A DNA stretch of 64,000 nucleotides from Pseudomonadota bacterium. GTDB lineage: Bacteria; Pseudomonadota; Gammaproteobacteria; UBA1113. The position numbers were made by a program, and so were the translations under genes. Below the pieces are notes generated by a model. The model saw only the letters and a list, made by a program, of their open reading frames with translations, made no database searches and was not told the origin of the DNA. Positions 10,360 through 19,721 of the stretch are shown one piece after another (the first letter of the stretch is position 1; every line of letters starts with the position of its first letter). Location: assembly GCA_021781965.1 (NCBI GenBank), contig JAJXVU010000002.1, positions 28,788 to 92,787 on the forward strand, in the 5' to 3' direction.

Positions 10360-10445
10360 AATTTTGCATCTTGAACAAAATTCGCGTTTATAGCAACTCA
10401 CACAATGACGGTATATCAATACCGTCATTGCGCTCTTTAACATTG

Positions 10446-10622
10446 CTATTCAGATTCAAACAACTCGGCTTTTATTTTTTCATAAATCTCTTCTCTATGC
10501 ACCTCGATCTCTCTAGGTGCTTCGATGCCTAACTTTACTTGGCCATTTACATCCAATACCCGAATGATAATGTCATCGCCTATGACGATATTCTCACCTA
10601 GTCGGCGTGTTAAAACTAACAT
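10446..10622 (-). CDS. csrA: Carbon storage regulator CsrA (58 aa); below the ORF-track size cutoff
   Basis: Reverse-strand translation [58 protein letters not shown] matches the CsrA/RsmA consensus across its full length. Confidence 0.85.
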   Translation of the reverse strand: MLVLTRRLGENIVIGDDIIIRVLDVNGQVKLGIEAPREIEVHREEIYEKIKAELFESE

Positions 10623-10682
10623 TTGCGTTACTCCTTTCTGTAGTAAATATTGCTCAATAGAAAAGATAACTACTCTCTACAT

Positions 10683-10707
10683 CCGCGCCCTTTCGGTCGC
10701 GGCTCGG
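10683..10707. repeat. REP-like element, variant half-site CCGCGCCCTTTCGGTCGCGGCTCGG
   Basis: Same core as the other REP copies with a CCTTT variant. An identical variant occurs at 36747-36771, between cydA and cydB. Confidence 0.7.
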
Positions 10708-11339
10708 TTCATCCGGTTACGATAAAAAAATATCTTCTCATCATTGAGGCTAAACAAATTTTTAAAAGATAAATTTATCTCCGCGGCGGACCACGCCCAC
10801 CATAAGGAACGCAATATGTGCGTCTAAAAAAGCCCATCTCTAGTTTTCTCCTTGGTCTATTGCCCATATAGATACATGTGTAGGCCCAAAATGCCTCACA
10901 GCTACCGGAAAAGAAACTAAGGAGCGCGGACTTCTACAGACGCCACAATCCGACGGTTAGAACTTTTTAAGACCCAAAAGAGCTGCTTTTTAGTCAAAAA
11001 ATGGCCTAAACAGGAAGAATTGTTTATTTTTTGGTCCAACTTATGGTGAGCAAGATGCCGCTGCGGGCGGCGACGATGTGGTATAATTTTCATTAGCTTG
11101 TCCTTATGTTGTTAAGGTGCAAGTTAGCCTCTTTGGCGTGCTTTGACTCATGCCAGAGGGGCGACTTAGGTTACGCAACTTTGAGTTTTTCCGAACGATA
11201 GCGAGGACTCAAGGTTGCACTCTTTATGCGTGAGATTCAATCACCACGCATAAGTACATCATAGCAAAGAAAAATATAAAATAAAAGCTTTTGGTAACTA
11301 CTCGCGCATTGTAGATACATTAGAGTATATATTTTCTTT

Positions 11340-11404
11340 CCGCTCCCTGACGGTCGCGGCTCGGTTGCAAACGGATGAACCGAGCCGCGACCGTCAGGGA
11401 GCGG
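11340..11404. repeat. REP-like element, complete palindrome (27-bp arms, 11-nt loop)
   Basis: ccgctccctgacggtcgcggctcggtt gcaaacggatg aaccgagccgcgaccgtcagggagcgg. The arms are perfect reverse complements. Confidence 0.85.
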
Positions 11405-11467
11405 ATGTTAGAGAGCGAAGGAAAGTAGTTATAGCTTTTCTTAAAAAAATATGAGGAAAACGAATCT

Positions 11468-11686
11468 ATGTGTTTAGCCATGCCCGTACAAATAACTGCG
11501 CTAAAAGATCATCCTCTAGCGATAGCCAACATAGGTGGCATTGAAAAAGAAATTTCATTAGCGCTAGTAGATAATGTAAAAATAGGTGATTATGTTATCC
11601 TACATGTAGGCTATGCCTTAACGAAGTTAGATGAAGTAGAAGCGCAAAAAACATTGGCTCTTTTTAAAGAGATGTCCGAATTATGA
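11468..11686 (+). CDS. hypC: Hydrogenase maturation factor HypC
   Basis: 72 aa beginning MCLAMP (HypC/HupF signature N-terminus). Confidence 0.85.
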   Translation: MCLAMPVQITALKDHPLAIANIGGIEKEISLALVDNVKIGDYVILHVGYALTKLDEVEAQKTLALFKEMSEL

Positions 11687-12807
11687 AATACATCAGTGAA
11701 TTTCGCGATGGTAAGATGGCGCAACTGATTGCAGAAAAAATAAAGCGCATTGTTGAACCCAATCGCCATTATGCCATCATGGAATTTTGCGGCGGCCATA
11801 CGCATGCCATACATCGTTATGGTATTACTTCTTTATTGCCGAAGAATATAGAACTCATTCACGGACCCGGCTGCCCGGTATGCATATTACCCATCGCGCG
11901 CATCGATTATGCAATTGCTTTGGCAGAATTGCCACAGGTGATTTTATGCAGTTATGGCGACATGTTGCGTGTACCCGGCAGTGACCAATACAGTTTATTG
12001 AAGGCCAAAGCAAAGGGCGCTGATGTGCGTATGGTCTATTCTATAGATGATGCGTTGATGATAGCAAGACAGAATCCGGCTAAAGAAGTGATCTTTTTTG
12101 CCGTTGGTTTTGAAACCACTACCCCGCCTACTGCCGTTGCCTTATTGCAAGCGCAAAAAGAACAGTTGAAGAATTTCACCATTTTTTGTAATCACGTGTT
12201 AACACCCATTGCCATGCAAGCCTTGTTAGAGGCAGAAAAGAATGATGTAAATTCCCGCGTTAATTTAGATGGTTTTATAGGCCCTTCTCATGTGAGTATC
12301 ATCATAGGCAGCGATGCTTATAAAACAGTGGCTGAACGCTATCAAAAACCGGTAGTGATTGCAGGTTTTGAACCCTTAGACGTGATGCAATCTATAGAAA
12401 TGTTGGTTGTTATGATCAACGAACAGCGCTACGGCATTGAAAATCAATATACGCGCGCCGTATCGCCTACAGGCAATATTAAATCACAACAATTCATAGC
12501 ACAAACCTTAGAATTACGCGATCGCTTCGAATGGCGCGGCTTGGGTTATATCGCTCACAGCGCCATGAAAATAAAAAAAGAATTTGCGGCATTTGACGCC
12601 GAGCTACGTTTTCCGATGACCATTGCCGAAGGTAAAGAGCATAAGGCCTGCGAATGCGGTGCTATTTTGCGTGGTGCTAAAAAACCGCAGGATTGCAAAT
12701 TATTTGCCACTGCTTGTACCCCAGAAAATCCCCTGGGCTCGTGCATGGTTTCCTCCGAAGGTGCTTGCGCCGCTTATTATGCTTATGGAAGATTAACAGA
12801 TGAGTAA
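11683..12807 (+). CDS. hypD: Hydrogenase maturation factor HypD
   Basis: [15 protein letters not shown] and C-terminal CxxC motifs. Translationally coupled to hypC. Confidence 0.9.
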   Translation: MKYISEFRDGKMAQLIAEKIKRIVEPNRHYAIMEFCGGHTHAIHRYGITSLLPKNIELIHGPGCPVCILPIARIDYAIALAELPQVILCSYGDMLRVPGSDQYSLLKAKAKGADVRMVYSIDDALMIARQNPAKEVIFFAVGFETTTPPTAVALLQAQKEQLKNFTIFCNHVLTPIAMQALLEAEKNDVNSRVNLDGFIGPSHVSIIIGSDAYKTVAERYQKPVVIAGFEPLDVMQSIEMLVVMINEQRYGIENQYTRAVSPTGNIKSQQFIAQTLELRDRFEWRGLGYIAHSAMKIKKEFAAFDAELRFPMTIAEGKEHKACECGAILRGAKKPQDCKLFATACTPENPLGSCMVSSEGACAAYYAYGRLTDE

Positions 12808-13822
12808 GATTAGTTTTAAAAATGGCATGGTGGAAATGAATCATGGCTCCGGTGGTAAGGCCATGCATCAGTTGATAGAACAATTGTTCTTAAAATGCTT
12901 TGACAATGAATGGTTATTGCAACGTCGCGATCAAGCTTCATTAAACATCACCAATCCGCGTTTGGTAATGACTACAGATGGTCATGTTATTTCTCCTTTA
13001 TTTTTCCCCGGTGGCGATATAGGCAGCTTAGCAGTACACGGCACCATTAATGATGTCGCTATGGCAGGCGCTACACCTTTATATTTATCCGTAGCGTTTA
13101 TTTTAGAAGAAGGATTTCCCTTAAGCGATTTACAAAAAATAGTATTGTCTATGGCAAAAGCAGCAAAAGAGGCTAATGTAGCGATTGTTACCGGCGATAC
13201 TAAAGTGGTTGAAAGGGGCAAAGGCGATGGCGTATTCATTACGACTACCGGTATTGGTGTAGTGCCTGCAGAGGTGCAATTAACGAATCAAATCGCTCCA
13301 GGTGATAAAGTGATCGTCAGTGGTTTTATAGGCGATCATGGCATTGCCGTGATGTCCAAACGACAAAATCTACAATTTACCACTGAGATTCTTTCCGATA
13401 GCGCGCCTTTACATGGTTTAACGGCGCAGATGCTACAAGCCGTGCCGAATATACATTGCTTGCGTGATCCTACTCGTGGTGGTGTGGCTGGAGTGTTAAA
13501 TGAATGGGCCAATCAATATGGCATAGGCTTTGTAGTAGATGAAAATGCATTGCCCATACGCGATGCCGTACGTGGCGCTTGTGAATTATTAGGTATCGAT
13601 CCGTTATATGTAGCCAATGAAGGTAAATTAGTCGCCGTGTGTGCAGCTAGCGATGCGGATACTGTATTAACAGCGATGAAAGCCCATCCGCAAGGGAGAG
13701 ACGCGGCCATTATAGGCGAAGCTATTAGCGATAGTCATTGCTTCGTGCAAATGAAAACGAGTTTTGGTGGCAAGCGCATAGTCGATTGGCTCGCTGGAGA
13801 TCAGTTACCACGGATATGTTAA
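12800..13822 (+). CDS. hypE: Hydrogenase maturation factor HypE
   Basis: PurM/AIR-synthase-like fold protein. Its start overlaps the hypD stop (ATGA). Confidence 0.85.
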   Translation: MSKISFKNGMVEMNHGSGGKAMHQLIEQLFLKCFDNEWLLQRRDQASLNITNPRLVMTTDGHVISPLFFPGGDIGSLAVHGTINDVAMAGATPLYLSVAFILEEGFPLSDLQKIVLSMAKAAKEANVAIVTGDTKVVERGKGDGVFITTTGIGVVPAEVQLTNQIAPGDKVIVSGFIGDHGIAVMSKRQNLQFTTEILSDSAPLHGLTAQMLQAVPNIHCLRDPTRGGVAGVLNEWANQYGIGFVVDENALPIRDAVRGACELLGIDPLYVANEGKLVAVCAASDADTVLTAMKAHPQGRDAAIIGEAISDSHCFVQMKTSFGGKRIVDWLAGDQLPRIC

Positions 13823-13903
13823 ATTTATTGTCATTACTCGCGCCTTGTAGTAAGAAAAACGCATATTGGGTACATTAGAGTATATTTCAGCCATCCGCTC
13901 CCT

Positions 13904-13947
13904 AACGGTCGCGGCTCGGTTTATCCGTTAGAGAGCGGAGAGTAGTT
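13904..13947. repeat. REP-like element, truncated palindrome
   Basis: ccgctccctaacggtcgcggctcgg followed by a partial right arm ccgttagagagcgg. It is preceded by the same ~45-bp leader (tactcgcgcNttgtag...tacattagagtatat) that precedes the 11340 copy. Confidence 0.7.
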
Positions 13948-13952
13948 ACTAT

Positions 13953-14297
13953 TTATTTACTGTGCAATAATCTTCTAATCAACAATGACTTGAGATCTTT
14001 TCTAACATCCGTAATGACATGAATATAAATTTGCTCTTCGTCGTGTATGGACAATTTCACCTCATAGATAATACGATTCATACCTGAAATCACTTGACGA
14101 TATTGCGTTTGACCTATGAAAATCAATTCTTGCGGAATAACTCCACTCAAAGGGAAATGCGCAAGATTTTCTATAACTTTTTTTATACCTTTATAGCTAG
14201 CTCGCCAGGATGTTAAGCCAAATTCTTGGCTAAGATATTGCTTTAAGTCTTTCAAATCGTCTTCTGCTGATTTAAGCAAAAACACAGAAAGTGCCAT
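13953..14297 (-). CDS. ParE/RelE-family type II toxin
   Basis: 114 aa. Sits immediately downstream of, and operonic with, a Phd/YefM antitoxin gene. Typical size and the conserved arrangement. Confidence 0.6.
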   Translation of the reverse strand: MALSVFLLKSAEDDLKDLKQYLSQEFGLTSWRASYKGIKKVIENLAHFPLSGVIPQELIFIGQTQYRQVISGMNRIIYEVKLSIHDEEQIYIHVITDVRKDLKSLLIRRLLHSK

Positions 14298-14302
14298 TAT
14301 TC

Positions 14303-14563
14303 TTACTTATCTAAGTCAGAAAAAACCTCCGTGGCAGATCTAAACAATCCCTGTTCGATTTCATGTTGGCCCAATGCCAAAATTTTAAGTAAACTTAAAG
14401 TTTCTTCTTGCTGTTCGTAAGAATGTACGTCAATCACCACAAATTTTGCTTCCCCATTTTGTGTAATAATCACAGGTTGGCGTGTTTTTGCGAGCTCTTT
14501 AGCCATTTCAGCCGTATGGCTTTTAAGATAGCTAATCGGTTTTATTTGTGTGGAAAAGTTCAT
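14303..14563 (-). CDS. Phd/YefM-family antitoxin
   Basis: Start at the ATG at 14563 (MNFSTQIKPISYLKSHTAEMAKELAKTRQPVIITQNGEAKFVVID), preceded by GGTGA. Classic YefM N-terminus. 5 bp from the toxin gene. Confidence 0.7.
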   Translation of the reverse strand: MNFSTQIKPISYLKSHTAEMAKELAKTRQPVIITQNGEAKFVVIDVHSYEQQEETLSLLKILALGQHEIEQGLFRSATEVFSDLDK

Positions 14564-14794
14564 AATAATCACCTTAACAAGTATCATAAGTCTTATTATA
14601 GACTAAATTTAGTCCTATAGATAGGCCCTTATTTCCTTCATAAGCAAAAAAATAAATTTATAACTCTTTGATTTGATTAATTTTATATTTAACACAGCTT
14701 ATTGCTTAAATTTTATCCTGCTGAATGGTAAGCAAAATACTACTGTATAAGATAGCATCCATATGATATACTTTCCTTTTTTAGGAATAAACCT

Positions 14795-15931
14795 ATGCCC
14801 TACTTCCTAGCCTACGAACAATTGAATGACCTAATCCATGCCTTAAACGCCTTGGGCTATCGTTGCCTAGGACCACAGGTGCAGGATGGTGCCATTGTCT
14901 TTGACGACTTAGCCGATGCCAAACAATTGCCCTGGGGCATGCGCGATGCACAAAAACCCGGGCATTATCGTTTACAAAAAAGTGAACTCAACGAAGCCTT
15001 TGCTTGGGCTAATGGTCCGCAGGCGATTAAACCGTTGTTGTTTAAACCTAAAGAATCGCTATGGCGCGTAGAGCGCGATGCGACAGGCGCATTTACGTTT
15101 AAAGAAACGCTGCCAGAACAAAAGCCTATCGCGTTAATAGGTGCTAGAGCCTGCGATTTAGCGGGTATGGCAGTGCAAGACAAAACTCTGTTGCAAGGAA
15201 AATATGTAGATGCGCAATATCGTTGGCACAGAGAACATTTATTAATCATTGCCGTTAATTGCAGTTATTCCGGCGGCAATTGTTTTTGCGTATCGACTAA
15301 AACAGGCCCTAAGGCTACTTCGGGTTACGATTTGGCTTTAACTGAAATTCAAAATGGCTTTGTAGTTGAAGTAGGCAGCGACAAGGGTCGTGATCTCATC
15401 AATACCCTGCATTGCCATGAAGCCGAAGCAGCAAAAATAGCTGCAGCAGCACAACGCAGTAGCGATGCGGCTAACATGCAAACCAAACGCATGCCTAAGG
15501 ACAATAGCCGCGCCTTACGCGATATATTAATGAATAATTTAGAGCATCCGCGTTGGCAGGAAGTGGCCGAGCGTTGTTTATCTTGCGGTAATTGTACTGC
15601 GGTTTGCCCTACTTGTTTTTGTCATCATCAAACGGAACACCCTACGGTAGATGGCGATGGCAGCGTGCATGCCCGTGAATGGGATTCGTGTTTTACAGAA
15701 GGCCATAGTTACATACACGGCCAGGTCGTGCGTGATACCACGGAAAAGCGCTATAAACAATGGCTAACGCATAAACTAGGCACGTGGTGGGATCAATTCG
15801 ATACCAGTGGTTGCGTAGGGTGTGGCCGTTGTGTGACTTGGTGCCCAGTGGGTATCGATTTAACCGAAGAAATGGCCGCTATTGCTGGCGAATCGAATGT
15901 AGTTGTTGCTAAAGAAGAGAAAGATCCATGA
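14795..15931 (+). CDS. Group 3b [NiFe]-hydrogenase (sulfhydrogenase-type) beta subunit, Fe-S protein
   Basis: Two ferredoxin-type cysteine clusters, CLSCGNCTAVCPTCFC and CVGCGRCVTWCP. Same operon as the gamma, delta and alpha subunits. Confidence 0.7.
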   Translation: MPYFLAYEQLNDLIHALNALGYRCLGPQVQDGAIVFDDLADAKQLPWGMRDAQKPGHYRLQKSELNEAFAWANGPQAIKPLLFKPKESLWRVERDATGAFTFKETLPEQKPIALIGARACDLAGMAVQDKTLLQGKYVDAQYRWHREHLLIIAVNCSYSGGNCFCVSTKTGPKATSGYDLALTEIQNGFVVEVGSDKGRDLINTLHCHEAEAAKIAAAAQRSSDAANMQTKRMPKDNSRALRDILMNNLEHPRWQEVAERCLSCGNCTAVCPTCFCHHQTEHPTVDGDGSVHAREWDSCFTEGHSYIHGQVVRDTTEKRYKQWLTHKLGTWWDQFDTSGCVGCGRCVTWCPVGIDLTEEMAAIAGESNVVVAKEEKDP

Positions 15932-16758
15932 ACGTTATAGACACACCCATCGACACAAAAATAGTCGCGCGCAGCGATGAATCCACCGACATTTTTACCT
16001 TAACGCTGCAATTTACCGATACTGAAGAAAAGAATTACGCCTTTCAACCGGGGCAATTCAATATGCTGTATTTATTTGGCGTAGGCGAAGTGCCTATTTC
16101 TATCTTGTCTAACGGTGAAGACAATCGTTTATATGCCCATACTATACGTCGCGTAGGTCGAGTTACTGACGGCTTGTCTTTATTGCAAGTCGGCGATCAT
16201 GTAGGCTTGCGTGGTCCTTTCGGTCGTGGTTGGCCATTAGACCTTGCGCAAGGCAAAGATGTGTTGATCATCACCGGCGGCTTAGGTTGTGCGCCTAGTA
16301 TGTCTATCATTCACCATATCCTTAAACATCGGAAAAATTTTGGCCGTCTATTCATCTTACAAGGCGTTAAACACAGTAGCGATTTAATTTTTAAAAAACA
16401 ATATGAACAATGGGCAGCATTGCCGAATGTACAAGTCGCCTTGGCTGCCGATAGCTCTCAGCCCAATTGGCCTGGACACACGGGTTTGATCACTGAGTTA
16501 CTCGATCAAATTAATTTAGATGTGAATAATACCCTGTGCATGATGTGCGGCCCAGAAGGGATGATGCGCGCTTCGGTGCAACGTTTGACACAGCTGCATT
16601 TCCCCGAGGAAGCGATTTATTTAAGCTTAGAACGCAATATGGAATGCGCCATCGGTCATTGCGGCCATTGCCAATTTGGCGGCGATTTTATTTGTAAAGA
16701 AGGGCCTGTATTCAGTTATCCTCAAATAAAAGCCTTACTCAATAAGAAGGGGTTCTAA
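15928..16758 (+). CDS. Hydrogenase gamma subunit, FAD/NAD(P)-binding oxidoreductase with a C-terminal Fe-S cluster
   Basis: FNR-like fold (RRVGRVTDGL, GGLGCAPS) plus CGHCQFGGDFICKEGP. Overlapping stop/start with its neighbours. Confidence 0.7.
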   Translation: MNVIDTPIDTKIVARSDESTDIFTLTLQFTDTEEKNYAFQPGQFNMLYLFGVGEVPISILSNGEDNRLYAHTIRRVGRVTDGLSLLQVGDHVGLRGPFGRGWPLDLAQGKDVLIITGGLGCAPSMSIIHHILKHRKNFGRLFILQGVKHSSDLIFKKQYEQWAALPNVQVALAADSSQPNWPGHTGLITELLDQINLDVNNTLCMMCGPEGMMRASVQRLTQLHFPEEAIYLSLERNMECAIGHCGHCQFGGDFICKEGPVFSYPQIKALLNKKGF

Positions 16759-17543
16759 TGGAAGAAACAAAACCGCGTATCGCCATTCATAAATTTACTT
16801 CATGCGATGGCTGTCAATTGGCTTTTCTACATTTAGGCGAAGATTTATTGAAATTAGCCGAGAAAGTAGACATCGTTCATTTTGTAGAGATGGGGCCTAT
16901 TAATCCTACTGCTAAGGTCGATGTGGCTTATGTAGAAGGCAGTATTTCCACTCCGGAAGAAGCAAAACGCATACGTGAAATTCGTGCCAATAGCCGTTAT
17001 TTAGTGACTATAGGCGCTTGTGCCACTGCAGGTGGCATTCAAGCCCTACGTAATTTTGCCGATACCAAATCGTGGATGCAGGCTATTTATGCCACCCCCG
17101 AGACTATTTCTACTTTAGACACGGCTACCGCCATTTCAAATCACGTTAAAGTGGATTACGAAATTTATGGTTGTCCGGTGAATAGCCAACAAGTATTAGC
17201 CTCTTTGTTATCCTTATTACAAAAAGTCACGCCCACGGCGCGACGTGATAAAGTGTGCTTAGAATGCAAACGTCTAGGCTATGTCTGTGTAATGGTGGCT
17301 AAAGGTGAACCCTGCATGGGACCAGTCACTCACACCGGTTGTGGTGCCTTATGCCCTAGTTTAGGACGCGGCTGTTATGCCTGTTATGGTCCGGCAGAAA
17401 ACATCAATACCGATGCTCTAACGCAATGGCTATCCAGTCTAGGTTTATCCGATGCCGAAATTTCCAGACGTTTTTTATTCATCCAAAATAGTGCTCCCGG
17501 CTTTAAAGAAGCGGGTTTAAAATTAAAGAAGAAAGTACCATGA
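16758..17543 (+). CDS. [NiFe]-hydrogenase small (delta) subunit
   Basis: NuoB/20-kDa-like Fe-S subunit with CDGCQ, GACATAGG and multiple Cys ligands (CLECKRLGYVC, CMGP..HTGCGALCP). Confidence 0.75.
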   Translation: MEETKPRIAIHKFTSCDGCQLAFLHLGEDLLKLAEKVDIVHFVEMGPINPTAKVDVAYVEGSISTPEEAKRIREIRANSRYLVTIGACATAGGIQALRNFADTKSWMQAIYATPETISTLDTATAISNHVKVDYEIYGCPVNSQQVLASLLSLLQKVTPTARRDKVCLECKRLGYVCVMVAKGEPCMGPVTHTGCGALCPSLGRGCYACYGPAENINTDALTQWLSSLGLSDAEISRRFLFIQNSAPGFKEAGLKLKKKVP

Positions 17544-18835
17544 GCAAACTACAGAAAGATTTAACTATTCCCATTATAGCCCGCGTTGAAGGCGAAGGCG
17601 CTTTGCATTTAAAAATTCATGAAGGCAAAATCAGTCAATTGGAATTATCCATTTATGAACCGCCGCGTTTATTCGAGAAATTTTTAGAAGGACGCGCGCC
17701 TAATGAAGTCATCGATGCTGTGGCTAGAATTTGTGGCATTTGCCCCGTGGCGTATCAAATGAGTGCCGTACAAGCCATGGAGCATATTTTCGAAATGCCA
17801 GTAACGCCATGGGTGCATGAAATGCGCCGTTTATTTTATTGTGGCGAATGGATGGAAAGCCATGCCTTACACATACACATGTTGGCTGCACCTGATTTTT
17901 TAAGATATCCATCGGTGATTGCGATGGCTAAAGATCACCCCGAGATCGTCAAACGCGGCATGCATTTACATGGTTTAGGCTTAATGCTAATGACTTTGTT
18001 GGGTAAACGCTCCGTGCATCCCGTAGGCGCTTGTGTAGGCGGTTTTTACGCCGCACCTAAGATCAGTGCAGTACAAGAAGTATTGGCGCAATTTAAAAAG
18101 TCGCTGCCTTTAGCGCAAGAATTGGTTTTATGGTCGGCATCCTTACCCATGGCCAAAGTGACTCAAGAATTTACTTCCGTATGCTTGCGCCATCCCCACG
18201 AATATCCTATGAATGAAGGCCGTATCGTGTCTGATCGTGGTTTGGATATAGACATCAGCGAATTTGATAACTATCTTAAAGAATCGCAAGTACCCTATTC
18301 CACTGCGTTACAATGCCATTTACAGGGAAAGTCCTATTTAGTGGGTCCTTTGGCGCGATTAAATTTAAATCATCACTTATTGCCGCCTGCTGTGCATGAC
18401 ATTTTGAAAGAAGCTAAGATATCTTTTCCCACTCAAAATATGTTCCACAGCGTCATTGCCCGCTCTGTAGAAATCTATTATGCCATGCTAGAAGCGATAC
18501 GCATTATGGAGAATTATGTTTATACGCCTACTCCACATAGTCCGATGACGCCGCGCGCAGGCGTAGGCTTTGGCTGTACCGAAGCACCGCGCGGTTTATT
18601 GTGGCATAGATATGAATTTAACGATGAAGGCTTAGTCGCTTCCTCGCGCATCGTACCGCCTACGAGTCAAAATCAAGCGCGCATAGAAGAAGACTTATGG
18701 CATTCTTTAATGGCCTTTGGTTTAGATCACAGCGACGACGACCTACGCTTTCACAGTGAAATGGTCATACGCAATTATGACCCTTGTATTTCATGCTCCA
18801 CTCACTTTTTACAGTTGAAAATAGATAGAACATGA
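17540..18835 (+). CDS. [NiFe]-hydrogenase large (alpha) subunit
   Basis: N-terminal RICGICPVAY and C-terminal DPCISCSTH nickel-ligand motifs. Confidence 0.85.
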   Translation: MSKLQKDLTIPIIARVEGEGALHLKIHEGKISQLELSIYEPPRLFEKFLEGRAPNEVIDAVARICGICPVAYQMSAVQAMEHIFEMPVTPWVHEMRRLFYCGEWMESHALHIHMLAAPDFLRYPSVIAMAKDHPEIVKRGMHLHGLGLMLMTLLGKRSVHPVGACVGGFYAAPKISAVQEVLAQFKKSLPLAQELVLWSASLPMAKVTQEFTSVCLRHPHEYPMNEGRIVSDRGLDIDISEFDNYLKESQVPYSTALQCHLQGKSYLVGPLARLNLNHHLLPPAVHDILKEAKISFPTQNMFHSVIARSVEIYYAMLEAIRIMENYVYTPTPHSPMTPRAGVGFGCTEAPRGLLWHRYEFNDEGLVASSRIVPPTSQNQARIEEDLWHSLMAFGLDHSDDDLRFHSEMVIRNYDPCISCSTHFLQLKIDRT

Positions 18836-19266
18836 GTAGAATAGCCGTCATCGGCGTAGGTTCTCCTTTTGCCGATGATCACATTGCTTATGATGTCATA
18901 CAATTATTACAGCAAGAGTCTTTACCGTCTGTATCTTTACAATACTATGATCGCCCCGGCTGGTACCTGCTAGAATACATGCAAGATTTTGATACAGTTC
19001 ATTTGGTCGATGCTATTATCAGCGATAAACCTATAGGAACCTTACATCGCTATGATGATATAGAGTATTTTAAAACTCAGGACACTCTTTTATCCAGCCA
19101 CAGTTTTGGCTTAGCCGAAACTTTATTACTAGGGAAAAGCCTGAATCAGTTACCCGCTCAACTTGTTATTCATGGTATAGAAATTGCTATGCATAATAGT
19201 GATGAGGAGAAGTTGAAAGAAGCGTATTTGCTCTTAGTCGATCGAATAAAACAAGAAATATTGTGA
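18832..19266 (+). CDS. Hydrogenase maturation endopeptidase (HycI/HoxW family)
   Basis: 144 aa beginning MSRIAVIGVGSPFADDHIAYDV. Lies immediately after the large subunit. Confidence 0.75.
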   Translation: MSRIAVIGVGSPFADDHIAYDVIQLLQQESLPSVSLQYYDRPGWYLLEYMQDFDTVHLVDAIISDKPIGTLHRYDDIEYFKTQDTLLSSHSFGLAETLLLGKSLNQLPAQLVIHGIEIAMHNSDEEKLKEAYLLLVDRIKQEIL

Positions 19267-19721
19267 TCTTTCTTCTTAATTATCGCATGTAAAAATAAAA
19301 ATGATATATTTATTCTAGGTCTTTACTGCAAAACCTCTCTGCCCCGTCATTGCGAGCCAGTGAGCGCAGCGAACAAGGCGCGGCAAAAAATGCGAGCGAA
19401 AAGCGCGAAGCGCGGCGAGTATTTTTGACGCACGTAGTGCGCCCGAAAGGGCGAAGCGCGAACGAAGTGAGAGCTGAGTCCATCCAGGGTTTAAAATACT
19501 GGATGTATAAACACCTGTGAATATTTTTAAATCTACTATCTACTATTAATTTTCGAGCGTAATCGACCAAAGCCATCGTTGCCGTTGTGTCAAACACGCC
19601 GTAAACCCATCCATGGGGGCTCGGTCGCGACGTCCTGTCGCTCACGGTTTGCCACAACTCTGCAACGATAGCTTTGGCCTTTGGTTTCGTTATTTGTTCT
19701 GTAAAAATGAAGAAAACTTAA

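Noticed and set aside
19310-19657. 115-aa minus-strand ORF
   Set aside because: It spans the GC-rich low-complexity repeat block. The Arg/Ala-rich translation is an artefact of GCG-rich repeats.
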